Origin: an uncultured Bacteroidota bacterium
Lineage (GTDB): Bacteria; Bacteroidota; Bacteroidia; Chitinophagales; Chitinophagaceae
NCBI GenBank assembly: GCA_963711345.1
Contig: CAVQDS010000002.1
Coordinates: 717,869 to 781,868, forward strand
Length of the DNA stretch: 64,000 bases
Direction of reading: 5' to 3'
Both the position numbers and the translations under genes were made by a program. Positions 40,118 through 49,839 of the stretch are shown one piece after another; position 1 is the stretch's first letter, and each line of letters begins with the position of its first letter. The notes under the pieces are model-generated. The model was given only the letters and a program-made list of their open reading frames with translations, was not told where the DNA came from and ran no database searches.

Positions 40118-40411
40118 TTATATTAAATTGATCAGGTTATCTCTTAGAGAATTGGCATTGGAAAGATTTGAGTATACAGCCGGGTGCGCGGCAACATAGT
40201 TTATACCGCTGAGTACAGGAATAACTTCTCTGATCTTAGTATTGAAATCCATCCATTCAATATCTTTTTTAGATTTTTCCTGCTCATTTATTTTATAAGT
40301 AATACTTTCAGAAAGTAATTGGTTGATGAATCCTTCAACAGTCGTGATTAAGGATACTATGCCCGACACCACTTCGCTGAAGAATTGGGTAAAAACTTCT
40401 GCCTGTTTCAC
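40118..40411 (-). CDS. Hypothetical protein, probably a 5'-truncated fragment
   Basis: The frame is open about 100 nt upstream of the GTG start but has no ATG. I recognise no domain with confidence. Confidence 0.3.
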   Translation of the reverse strand: MKQAEVFTQFFSEVVSGIVSLITTVEGFINQLLSESITYKINEQEKSKKDIEWMDFNTKIREVIPVLSGINYVAAHPAVYSNLSNANSLRDNLINLI

Positions 40412-40853
40412 ATGATTATTTCCTGGAATATCTTGGAGGGCTATTTTATTTTTATAAGCATCTTCTGAATGAATGTTTGCATTTCGGCAGTACAGCCAGC
40501 AATTGAAAACTCGACAAAATCATTGAAGCAGGTGACTTATCAAAGTAACAATTGATTAATCTGCATTATTTTTTAACGCCATGATGCATTAATGAGTTCA
40601 CAATATGGTTTTGTATAATCTTTTGAAGTAAGAATGTCTTTTTCTCCCTGTATGAGATAGACTGGTATCTTAAAATTCAATGCCGGTCGCGAAAATATTG
40701 CTGGCCAAACAGCAGAATCAGCAAACATACAACCAGCGTGCGTCTATTAATGTCGTTTGGCGTTAAAAAATGCAGTTGGTATCTAAAAGAATGATTTTTA
40801 TCGAATTATTATAATGACGTTCATATATTCTTTAAAAAAAGTAACTTCCATAT

Positions 40854-41930
40854 GTGAACGGGGACAGAAATTTTATTAAACAATTTATTTTTGAAAAAAA
40901 ATATTGGCTGGCGAGACACATTGTATTCTGGTCGGTGGGTAATGTTTTTCTACTGGCGATCGCTTCACAAGACGGCATTTTAAAAGAGAGTTTCAAAACA
41001 GCGATGATTTACATGCCGTTCAATTTCCTAATAACATATGTTGTTATTTATTGTTTCGTGCCATGGTTTTTAATCAGGGAAAAATATGTTTCATTTCTGA
41101 TGGCATATTTTATCTGGCTTATCATCACAATGTTTTTAAATTTCGGCATTAGATATTTTATACTTTTTCCGTTGCGTGTTCCGCCACAAATGTTAGCAAA
41201 GGTCAGGTCAGACAATTCCCAGATATTCCGCATGGCCGGTTTTTTAGCAATGAATATGTTGGCGCTTTTTGCTTTGACAATTAAAGTATGTAAGCAATGG
41301 ATTATTAAACAGGAAATGGCATCGCGGCTTGAAAAAGAAAACATAAGCGCAGAGCTTAAATTGCTAAAGGCACAGCTGCATCCTCATTTTTTGTTTAATA
41401 CCCTTAATAATTTGTATATGCTTGTATGTGAAAAATCGGATAAAGCGCCGAAGATGCTTTTGAGGTTATCAGAATTGCTGAGTTACGTATTGTATGAGTG
41501 TAAAGCAGACGAAGTTTTATTATCAAAAGAAATTAACGTTATTAAAGATTACGTAGCACTTGAAAAAGAGAGATATGGAGAAAGGCTTGATGTTTCATTA
41601 AATTTTTCAGGTGATATAGTTGATAGAATGATTGTGCCAATGCTTTTTCAACCATTTATAGAAAATTCTTTTAAGCATGGCACATCAGAACAATTAGGAA
41701 AAGTTTGGATGAGCATTGATTTGTCCGTGAAAAATAACCAGTTGTATTTTAAAATTATTAATAGCTGTGATAATAATAATCAAACCGACCGGGAAGGGAT
41801 TGGAATTATTAATTTAAAAAAAAGGCTTGAGTTGCTTTATCCGGGGAAATTTGAACTTCGCAATGGTGTGGAACAGGATGTTTATATAGTATCGATGGCT
41901 ATTGAATTGCACAATCTGGCACCCGTGTAA
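40854..41930 (+). CDS. Sensor histidine kinase, LytS/YehU-type (His_kinase + HATPase_c)
   Basis: It has multi-TM N-terminal helices, LKAQLHPHFLFNTLNNL (the PF06580-type phosphoacceptor region) and a C-terminal ATPase fold (GIGIINLKKRLELLYPG). Confidence 0.85.
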   Translation: MNGDRNFIKQFIFEKKYWLARHIVFWSVGNVFLLAIASQDGILKESFKTAMIYMPFNFLITYVVIYCFVPWFLIREKYVSFLMAYFIWLIITMFLNFGIRYFILFPLRVPPQMLAKVRSDNSQIFRMAGFLAMNMLALFALTIKVCKQWIIKQEMASRLEKENISAELKLLKAQLHPHFLFNTLNNLYMLVCEKSDKAPKMLLRLSELLSYVLYECKADEVLLSKEINVIKDYVALEKERYGERLDVSLNFSGDIVDRMIVPMLFQPFIENSFKHGTSEQLGKVWMSIDLSVKNNQLYFKIINSCDNNNQTDREGIGIINLKKRLELLYPGKFELRNGVEQDVYIVSMAIELHNLAPV

Positions 41931-41969
41931 AATTTACCAGAAATTATATCCGGTAATAAATCAGATTAA

Positions 41970-42707
41970 ATGAATATCCGTTGCTTAATAATAGATGATG
42001 AACCACTTGCCGTAAGGCTTGTGGGTTCTTACATTCAGAAAATACCGGGCCTTGAAAATGCTGCATCCTGCAATAATGCGATTGATGCATTTAAAGTTTT
42101 ACGCGAACAGAAAATTGATCTGATCTTTTTAGATATTAAAATGCCGAAATTGATTGGCACAGATTTTTTGCGCGGCCTTTCAAATCCGCCAAAAGTTATT
42201 TTTATTACTGCATATCGTGATTATGCATTTGATGGTTATGAACTTGATATTGTTGATTATCTTTTAAAACCGGTTTCTTTTACAAGGTTTATGAAAGCCG
42301 TGGCAAAAGCGACAAAACTTATATCAACTGAAGAAAATTATGCTGCAATAAAAACAGAGTACAATAATAATAAAGATTCTTTTTTATATTTTAAGATAGA
42401 CAGAGAAATGGTAAAAATAATATTAAGCGAAATATTATATATTAAAAGTAGCAAAGAATACGTGAAATTATTTCTTGAAAATGAAAAATCATTGTTGGTA
42501 AAACAAAGTATCAGCTCACTTGAAAAATTACTTTCGCCGCACCGGTTTATTCGGGTACATCGCTCATACATTGCAACAATTGAAAAGGTGTCGTCATTTA
42601 ATTCTGCGTATATAACAATTTGTGATCACAAAATTCCTATTGGAAGATTATACAGAAATGAAGTAGATGGCGTTTTAAATATTAATAAAAAACCCGCTCG
42701 GTTTTAA
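41970..42707 (+). CDS. LytR/AlgR-family response regulator (REC + LytTR)
   Basis: The REC domain reads LIIDDEPLA..DLIFLDIKMP. The C-terminal LytTR domain reads ..FIRVHRSYIATIEKV... It lies immediately downstream of the kinase. Confidence 0.9.
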   Translation: MNIRCLIIDDEPLAVRLVGSYIQKIPGLENAASCNNAIDAFKVLREQKIDLIFLDIKMPKLIGTDFLRGLSNPPKVIFITAYRDYAFDGYELDIVDYLLKPVSFTRFMKAVAKATKLISTEENYAAIKTEYNNNKDSFLYFKIDREMVKIILSEILYIKSSKEYVKLFLENEKSLLVKQSISSLEKLLSPHRFIRVHRSYIATIEKVSSFNSAYITICDHKIPIGRLYRNEVDGVLNINKKPARF

Positions 42708-42718
42708 TAATTAATTAT

Positions 42719-43219
42719 TTATGGCGTTGTGGTGAAGATCAAAATATACGCACTTAATTTAGCTGTATCCAATCCGGCTACAATGACTGTTTGAACGGAA
42801 GGATAGCCTGGATCATTATGATCGTAAGGAATATCAGTGATTAAAGTATCTGGCGTAATCCTTATAATTTTAGATGTACCGGGAGAGAGTGAGTCGTTTT
42901 CTATAGTTTCCAAAGTCGAATCGGGTAATATTTTCCAGGTTCCTGCACTAAACTCATTGTTAGGGGAAGAATATACAGTCCATGTGTTACCTGCAAATAC
43001 CCAATATTCACTATCTATATTATCAGTAAGAGCTTGATTACCTCCTTTTACAAAAATCGTGTCGATGCTTCCGTTATAGTTTGCCAACTCCTCCTTCAGA
43101 TACCATGTGTTTTGAATACAAGCCTAAGGATTAGTGCAGGTTGGTGGTGGTGGTGTTGATGTTGAAGATGAATTCTTTGAGCAACCAAGGGAATAGATGC
43201 ATGTAATGATTATTGTGCC
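42719..43219 (-). pseudogene. Lipocalin-like lipoprotein remnant (no start codon, in-frame TAG)
   Basis: The minus-strand frame reads GTIIITCIYSLGCSKNSSSTSTPPPPTCTNP-TAG-ACIQNTWYLKEELANYNGS.... The TAG is at 43124-43126. No ATG lies upstream of the lipobox. Confidence 0.45.
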
Positions 43220-43718
43220 TTAGCCACTATTGTTCCGGAAAGCTTCACTATTGGTTGATCATTTTCCATAAGTGAAATATTAGCGAAGGATGCTGTTAAA
43301 GTGTTTCCCGAAACACTTATGTTTACTGTATCGTCTGTTGCGCCTGTAGAATAGAAATAACTGCCGCCAGGTCTTTGTGCATTACCATGTACAGTTGTTA
43401 CAACTATGCTTACATCTGTACTGCTTAGAGGTGTTAATCCATCTGCTATTATTACTGCATATGTTCCCTTGCAGGATGCGTATTGGCAAAGAAAAGATCG
43501 ATTTGATCAACTTCACCCGAATCAAGTGATCCCACATCTCCTTTACCTGGATAACATGTCCCCGCATCTCCGGTAGAAGAATAGGAGGAATCTCCTGTAT
43601 AGGAAATGCCTTTTAAAGTCCATGTGGTTGCGGGCGGTTTAGTAGAATCTGCATTGCTTTTCTTACAACTATAAAATGCAGGCTAAATGAAAAGTGCTAA
43701 TCCCAGCAATCCTTTCAT
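43210..43718 (-). pseudogene. Lipoprotein gene remnant (in-frame TAG plus one frameshift)
   Basis: The minus strand reads MKGLLGLALFI-TAG-PAFYSCKKSNADSTKPP...FFANTHPA. There is a frame switch near 43465, then KGTYAVIIADGLTPLSS...KLSGTIVAKAQ-stop (43210-43212). The TAG is at 43683-43685. Confidence 0.45.
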
Positions 43719-43917
43719 GATTGTTTGTTCAGTTGATAAACTGATTGTTTTGATATTTCGAGAAATAAATTCTTGTTTTGGCAAAGCTTTTAAGAAGGTT
43801 CATATGATCTCCATAAAAAAGGCCTGGAAAGGCCTCTCTTATTGCCATACTCAAACTCTTCGCCGATAAATAAAAATTGGGCACAGATGATTTAAAAATC
43901 GCGGTAACCTCACCGCT

Positions 43918-45051
43918 TTATTTTTTAATAAAATAATGTTGTTTCGCACAGGTCACATCAAATTGCCAGATTTCTCCCTGTCCCGGAACGCCGTTATAGC
44001 CCCAAATTGAAACGTATAATTTATTATCCGGACCGAATGTCATCGCTGTCGGAAAATTGAGTCCTGAAGCTATAGTTAACTTTTCTCCGGATGGATCGAT
44101 TCTTATAATATCACCTGTTCCGGCGATAGGGAAAGGATTATTGGTTGTGTTTTCAAGTACATACATTCCCCCCACTTCATCAAATAGTATTCCCAATACA
44201 GCAGTAAAGCCAGTTGCTATCACACTGATTTGGCCACCAGGAGTAATTTTAAATATAGAAGATAGATCGCTGAGTGGATATGTACCGAGGTTACTTACAT
44301 AGAAATTACCATCATGAAATATCTGACAGGTCGGAACTATATGCCCCTGAGTTGCAGAAATATCAATTACACGGCTGATATTTCCCTGTGGTGTTATCCT
44401 GTCCAACTCTCCATGATTGGGTTCTATCACAAATAAGTCCCCATTTTCTGCACTCATACTATAGGGTGTTCCATCCGGTTCAAAATCCGGGGGGTTTTCA
44501 TGTGCCGTCGGGTTATTCATATAGAATTCACTCAGGTTGGCAATCAACTCCCAGGATCTGTCCTGCTTTACTTTAAAAACTCCATTTGGTATTCCTGTTA
44601 CCCCATGAGAACAACCCGCACCAGAAAGCAATCCATACAGGGTATTGCCAATAAATCCAACGTCTCCGACTCCCTGAGTGTCAGATCCTGTAGCCGCCGA
44701 TGTTTGACTGGAAGGCAGATTATTTACAAATATTTTACGAACACCGTCCTGACCTATTCTAGAAATGCAGGATCCGGTCTGACTGCCTAAATAAGGTCCA
44801 ACAGGTGGAATGACCTGCGTGCAAGTTGTCATATTTGATCCGCCGATGCCCGCTTCTGCAACATATAGGTATCCATCCGGACCAAATTTCAATCCTCTCG
44901 GACTATTGAAACCCGAAGAGAATCTGGATGCGTTAATAACAAGATTATCCGGACTGCAATTGCACAATTCAGGACCATTTTTTTTGCAGGAAGAGAATAG
45001 TCCAAAAATGATAATAGCTGATGCGAAACGTAAGTAGTTTTTTCTTTTCAT
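43918..45051 (-). CDS. ScyD/ScyE-like beta-propeller lipoprotein
   Basis: It has a lipoprotein signal (IFGLFSSCKK). The motifs SPRGLKFGPDGYLYVAEAG and ..NFPTAMTFGPDNKLYVS resemble the ScyD/ScyE (NHL-like) family. Confidence 0.6.
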   Translation of the reverse strand: MKRKNYLRFASAIIIFGLFSSCKKNGPELCNCSPDNLVINASRFSSGFNSPRGLKFGPDGYLYVAEAGIGGSNMTTCTQVIPPVGPYLGSQTGSCISRIGQDGVRKIFVNNLPSSQTSAATGSDTQGVGDVGFIGNTLYGLLSGAGCSHGVTGIPNGVFKVKQDRSWELIANLSEFYMNNPTAHENPPDFEPDGTPYSMSAENGDLFVIEPNHGELDRITPQGNISRVIDISATQGHIVPTCQIFHDGNFYVSNLGTYPLSDLSSIFKITPGGQISVIATGFTAVLGILFDEVGGMYVLENTTNNPFPIAGTGDIIRIDPSGEKLTIASGLNFPTAMTFGPDNKLYVSIWGYNGVPGQGEIWQFDVTCAKQHYFIKK

Positions 45052-45189
45052 AAAACTGGTTAATAAGGTGATGAAAAAAAGCTATTTAAAAAACATTTGT
45101 CTTGCGGTGGAATTTTAGACATAGAAAAGGTTATTGCAGTAATCTACCTTCATCTTGTTGCTTGATCAAAAAATATCTACGAGCGACTA

Positions 45190-45263
45190 TTTTAGCCAAC
45201 CAACGACATCGGCTGACAGCGGTATGATACCTGATGATACCTAATGATGCGTTATGATACAGT
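45190..45263 (+). repeat. Junction remnant J8: degenerate Box C + 4 decamers
   Basis: It reads tattttagccaaccaacgacatcggctgacagcgg followed by atgatacctg atgataccta atgatgcgtt atgatacagt (45224-45263). Confidence 0.6.
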
Positions 45264-45479
45264 CGATTTGGGGTTGTAAGCTTCCCCAGGACGAATTGAG
45301 TCTTTGTTAAACGGCAATCAAACGAAACCTTGGCCATTTGAACTGCAAGAGTAGGTTCATGAAAAATCTTAAATAGATTTGATTATCGGGAATGTTGGAT
45401 ATTCGAGCATTAAGAAAAGAAAAACCTGATACGATACGGCGCTTAATTTGACATTTTCATTACACCAAAATATATCTTC

Positions 45480-47246
45480 ATGTGGAATCGTAAATGGACG
45501 TTATTCTTTCTCATTTTGGCTTTCAGCCAATTTGGCTCAAAGGCGCAACAAATTTATTTAGTTGACGGAAATATTGTCAATGTGAAAGATGGGAAAGTGT
45601 ATAAAAATATGACCATTGTCATTGAAGATTCTGTTATCAGGAAAATTGAGAAAAGCAATCCTAAACTAAAGATACCAGCAACAGCAACTGTGATCAATCT
45701 GAATGGAAAATACATTATGCCTGGTATGATTGATGCTCATATCCACTTTTATCAATCCGGTGGTTTATATACCAGACCAGACCACATAAATGTTCCCAAC
45801 ATATATAGCTATGTAAAAGACCAGCAATGGATTTCGGACAACAGGGAGGATTTAATGCGCCGTTATCTTGCTTGTGGCATCACTACTGTCATGGATATGG
45901 GCGGTCCAATGAGCAATTTTGAGGTTAGAAAATATTGTAACCAATCACCTGTGTCGCCAAACGCCCTGGTGACAGGTCCCTTAATTTCTACTTACGCCGC
46001 ACCAAATTTTGATAAAAATGACCCCCCTATTATTAAAGTCAATAATGAGGAAGAGGCTATTGCGGCGGTTCGCAGGCAGATGCCATTTCATCCTGATTAT
46101 ATTAAAATATGGTTCATCGTTTCTGCTAATCTGCCTGCAGAAAAATCGCTTCCCATCATCCGCGCTATTATAGAGGAAAGTCACAAAAATAATTTGAAAG
46201 TGCTGGTTCACGCGACTCAGTTGCATACGGCAAGACTTTCTGTAGAAGCCGGGTGTGATATTTTGGTGCATACCGTATCGGATAGTCTTGTCGATCTGTC
46301 TTTTATACAATTATTGAAGGCTAAAAATACTACGTTGATCACGACACTTAATGTTCGTTTAATGAATGGTGAAGTAAATACGCAGCGAATGTATTTTACC
46401 TCTCATGATTTACGACGGGCCAATCCTTTTATGCTTGGTACTCTGTTTGATCTGCAACATATTTCGGCGAAAGAAGTGGGTTTTGATTACATGGATTTGC
46501 GTAGTAAAAGACAAGTTCCTTCTAAACAAGACAGTAATATGCTTGTCAATTGTAAATTACTCTATGATGCGGGAATTAATATTGTTGCCGGTACCGATGC
46601 AGGCAACCTGGGTGATGAGCATGCCGCCTCTTATCTGGATGAATTAATAGCCATGAAAAAAGCTGGATTAAGCAATGCACAGGTGCTTAAAGCGGCTACC
46701 ATTAATGCCGCCAAAGGATTCGGTATTGAAAACAGGCTGGGTAGTATTGAAAAAGATATGCTTGCAGATTTACTCATACTTAACAATAATCCATTTGAAA
46801 ATCTTCAAAATCTGGATACCATATATTTAATGGTTCACCGTGGAATGTTGATTAATACGGATACCTTAATAAAGCAGACTCCTGCGAGTATTGTGCAACA
46901 ACAGTTCAACGCCTATAATGCCCATGATTTCGATGAATTTTTCAACCTGTATAGCGACAGTGTTGTTATATCAAACGGCGACACGGTAATCGTTAGGGGA
47001 AAGCAGCAGATGCGAAAATTGTATCAAAGCCTTTTTACAACCGAAACTTTTTTACATAGCCAGCTGCTGAATCGAATGACCTTTGGGAATACTGTAACGG
47101 ATCTTGAAAGTACTGAGGCCATTTCGGGTACACTCCTTAAACATCATATATCCAAAGGGCTTGCCATTTACCGGGTTAATAATAATAAAATTGATAAAGT
47201 AACTTTGATTCGAATCGAGCGAATTGATTTCCCAACAAATAAATAA
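45480..47246 (+). CDS. Amidohydrolase-family protein with a C-terminal NTF2/SnoaL-like extension
   Basis: It has a signal peptide, GMIDAHIHF, ..VAGTDAGN.. and GSIEKDMLADLLIL. The last ~120 aa (QQQFNAYNAHDFDEFFNLYSD..) look NTF2-like. Confidence 0.8.
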   Translation: MWNRKWTLFFLILAFSQFGSKAQQIYLVDGNIVNVKDGKVYKNMTIVIEDSVIRKIEKSNPKLKIPATATVINLNGKYIMPGMIDAHIHFYQSGGLYTRPDHINVPNIYSYVKDQQWISDNREDLMRRYLACGITTVMDMGGPMSNFEVRKYCNQSPVSPNALVTGPLISTYAAPNFDKNDPPIIKVNNEEEAIAAVRRQMPFHPDYIKIWFIVSANLPAEKSLPIIRAIIEESHKNNLKVLVHATQLHTARLSVEAGCDILVHTVSDSLVDLSFIQLLKAKNTTLITTLNVRLMNGEVNTQRMYFTSHDLRRANPFMLGTLFDLQHISAKEVGFDYMDLRSKRQVPSKQDSNMLVNCKLLYDAGINIVAGTDAGNLGDEHAASYLDELIAMKKAGLSNAQVLKAATINAAKGFGIENRLGSIEKDMLADLLILNNNPFENLQNLDTIYLMVHRGMLINTDTLIKQTPASIVQQQFNAYNAHDFDEFFNLYSDSVVISNGDTVIVRGKQQMRKLYQSLFTTETFLHSQLLNRMTFGNTVTDLESTEAISGTLLKHHISKGLAIYRVNNNKIDKVTLIRIERIDFPTNK

Positions 47247-47319
47247 GTTTATATGTTATAAAATCCATTTTTAAACTTATAAGAGTCTCGCACCAATAAG
47301 TAAGGACCTAAATTTCATT

Positions 47320-47545
47320 TACCAATCCGTCACCAATTCCCAGCAAACCCACTGGAATCGGCCTACAGTACTTTTTGTATCGGGAAGTGCTCAAAATGAT
47401 TATTTGCGCAATGAATTGAACATCAACGAGGGAGAAAACAGGCGAAATCACTGAAAGCCGGTAAGCTCACCGGAGGTTCTTGGATAAAACTTCACAATTT
47501 CCAGATTGCGCTCAATCAACTATCAAAAACCGTCCTGTTTATGAT
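47320..47545 (+). repeat. Junction J9: Box A + core + type-3 arm
   Basis: It reads ttaccaatccgtcaccaattcccagcaaacccactggaatcggcctacagtac, then core 47373-47389, then the arm with caggcgaaatcactgaaagccggtaagctcaccggaggttcttggataaaacttca. The palindrome is at 47458-47473. Confidence 0.8.
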
Positions 47546-47599
47546 GTGCAGGCGCATAGTTGATATCGGTAGAAGTCGCCCGTTCTCACTCAATCATAA

Positions 47600-48235
47600 C
47601 TATTTGAGCTCGTAGCTTTCCAAATACCAATCCAGGTTATGCCTGGTGTATAATGTATATTCGCCCCCGGTATTAAGGTATTTTTTTACAAACCCAACAT
47701 GATCTTTAAACCACTGGTCAATGGTAAACATCCCATCGGGAGGACCTGTAAATCCGTAAATCCTCCAAGCCCCTGAAAAGTCATTGTTGCCGAAAGTTAT
47801 ATCACCAGGACCGGTGACAATCACAGACTCCGGAAATGGTGTAATTGTTGGCAAATATTGCCAAGATGAACCTGATGTAAAGGGAAAAATATATTGACCA
47901 ATCAGGAAAGTGTTAATATCAAAAAACTTTATGGTATCTCCGGATTGATATACAAAGTTACTATCGACATGGTCCGGAAAGTTGAGTTGCAAGATGGTCG
48001 CGGTTATTCCATTGGGCCATTTTACAGTGTCAACGATAAGGACATCCACATTATATTGTGTGGAACCACTAACCAGATTTCCCTGAATGGTCGTGTCTTT
48101 CACTATGTAATGCCAAGTGTCGCCGATTGTATTGGGAAATTGCTCCTGGGCGTTCGTATTTCCGTTATTGCTTTTTTTGCACCCGGTGGCCAGCAATATA
48201 AGTAGAGCTCCGATACCTAAAATTTCCTTTTTCAA
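47600..48235 (-). CDS. Lipoprotein, unknown function
   Basis: MKKEILGIGALLILLATGCKK contains a lipobox. I recognise no domain. Confidence 0.5.
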   Translation of the reverse strand: MKKEILGIGALLILLATGCKKSNNGNTNAQEQFPNTIGDTWHYIVKDTTIQGNLVSGSTQYNVDVLIVDTVKWPNGITATILQLNFPDHVDSNFVYQSGDTIKFFDINTFLIGQYIFPFTSGSSWQYLPTITPFPESVIVTGPGDITFGNNDFSGAWRIYGFTGPPDGMFTIDQWFKDHVGFVKKYLNTGGEYTLYTRHNLDWYLESYELK

Positions 48236-48484
48236 CGTAAAGCTTTATTTTATTACCGGACATGCGGTCGAAATTGCAGCATTAAAGTTAGAAGTTTAAA
48301 AATTAATGACCGCGAAAAAAGGCTGCCCGTTAATCTGGCAAGATAATTCCCCTGCTATATATTTAGTTATATTCTTTAAAATCGGCTCTTTTGCGTTGAA
48401 AATAATATAGCATCAGACGGACATTATGAACCTAAAGAAGTTATTAAACATCATTACTTGTAGTTATTTCGATAATTGATTGGT

Positions 48485-48845
48485 TACGAATCCGTCACCA
48501 ATTCCCCGCAAACCCACTAAAATCGCGGGACAATACTTTTGTATCGGGAAGTAACCAAGCCACGATGAATGCGCGTTTCCCACGATTGACGCATGTCCTA
48601 TTTGAATTCCTTTTGCTTTTTGTTGCCTTTCTTCGCCTTTAGTAGCCTTTTATTCGCACCTAATCTGTTACCAAATCAAGATTCTTCCAAGGGTTTTATT
48701 TAGTGGCCAGATTATGGGACACAATAAAACTGTATGTTACCCAATGTTACGGTATGATACCGTATGATACTGTTAAAATCCAGGGCTTCTAAAGGAAACC
48801 ATGTATGAGAACTGCAGGAATATTACGTGTTGAGGAAACTTGATA
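48485..48845 (+). repeat. Junction J10: Box A + exact core + type-1 arm + Box B + Box C + 4-5 decamers + tail
   Basis: It reads tacgaatccgtcaccaattccccgcaaacccactaaaatcgcgggacaatac, then core 48537-48555, acctaatctgttaccaaatca, tagtggccagattatgggacac, the decamers at 48734-48773, and the tail at 48774-48845, which is homologous to 15251-15321. Confidence 0.85.
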
Positions 48846-48925
48846 CAGTGTATTAAGGTAGATATCTTTACGGACGAACTGCCTTATATCATAGATTAGA
48901 TTGTTGGTGACTATTACAATAAAAC

Positions 48926-49135
48926 ATGAAAAAAATATTTTTAATAATAATCGTTTCTCTTTCCGTCAAACCATCGCTATCTCAGACAAATAGTCAATTA
49001 ATTGGGACTTGGAAATTAAACTATTCACTGCAAGTTGAAAAAATTAAATGTGACTTACCTAAAGACTCGACTAAGCTTATCTTCTACAAGAATGGAACTT
49101 ATGAGCTGTCAGTCGGTCCGGCGCGCATTACCTGA
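48926..49135 (+). CDS. Small secreted protein, possibly a truncated lipocalin-like gene
   Basis: It is 69 aa with a signal peptide and a GTWKL motif. It ends abruptly. Confidence 0.3.
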   Translation: MKKIFLIIIVSLSVKPSLSQTNSQLIGTWKLNYSLQVEKIKCDLPKDSTKLIFYKNGTYELSVGPARIT

Positions 49136-49242
49136 TTTTCCTCGTCATGTTTACGGCCGATCGTCGTGAGGAGTAGACTGGTTATTTTATTTCGAACTTC
49201 GTAGCTTTGCAGCATTTAATAACACAGATAAAATAATTTACC

Positions 49243-49680
49243 ATGTCAGCGAAGGATGATAAGATGAACCAGTTTGTTTCTGCCATGTTGAGCCTGACCA
49301 GTGCAATAAAAAGCGAGTCGGAGAATTGTTGTCAGTTATGCGGAGATGTCAATGAAAAGGAACTAATGATAATCGTCTTTGTAGGACAGAATAAAAGTGT
49401 CAAAATGAGCGAGATAGCAGATAATCTAAAAGCGCCGTTAAGCACGCTAACAAGTATTGCAGATAAACTTGTTGCAAATAAGTTCCTGGTGCGTCATAAC
49501 TCTGATGAAGACAGGCGCGTGGTGAAGGTCGGTCTTGGTGAAAAAGGTCTGGAATCTTACGAAACGTTTTTAACACGAAGGAAAGCAAGGACAAAAAAAA
49601 TCCTTTCCCGCTTTAACGAGAAAGAGCATAATACATTGATCAACTACATCAGTAAACTTGCTGACGCAATAGTGGCTTAA
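49243..49680 (+). CDS. MarR-family transcriptional regulator
   Basis: Its 145-aa length and winged-helix region (..MSEIADNLKAPLSTLTSIADKLVANKFLVRHNSDEDRRVV..) are typical of MarR. Confidence 0.8.
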   Translation: MSAKDDKMNQFVSAMLSLTSAIKSESENCCQLCGDVNEKELMIIVFVGQNKSVKMSEIADNLKAPLSTLTSIADKLVANKFLVRHNSDEDRRVVKVGLGEKGLESYETFLTRRKARTKKILSRFNEKEHNTLINYISKLADAIVA

Positions 49681-49839
49681 AAATAAAGGGCAAAAAAATT
49701 TTAGCTATTAATTACGAAAGTCGTAATATTGCATTATCGAATTAAAATGCGTTAAAGCACGCCTTCTGCATTGAACAATTAACTCATCAAATTCTTAAAC
49801 ACATAACTTATATAACTACTTTAATTAAAGGATAAAAAA

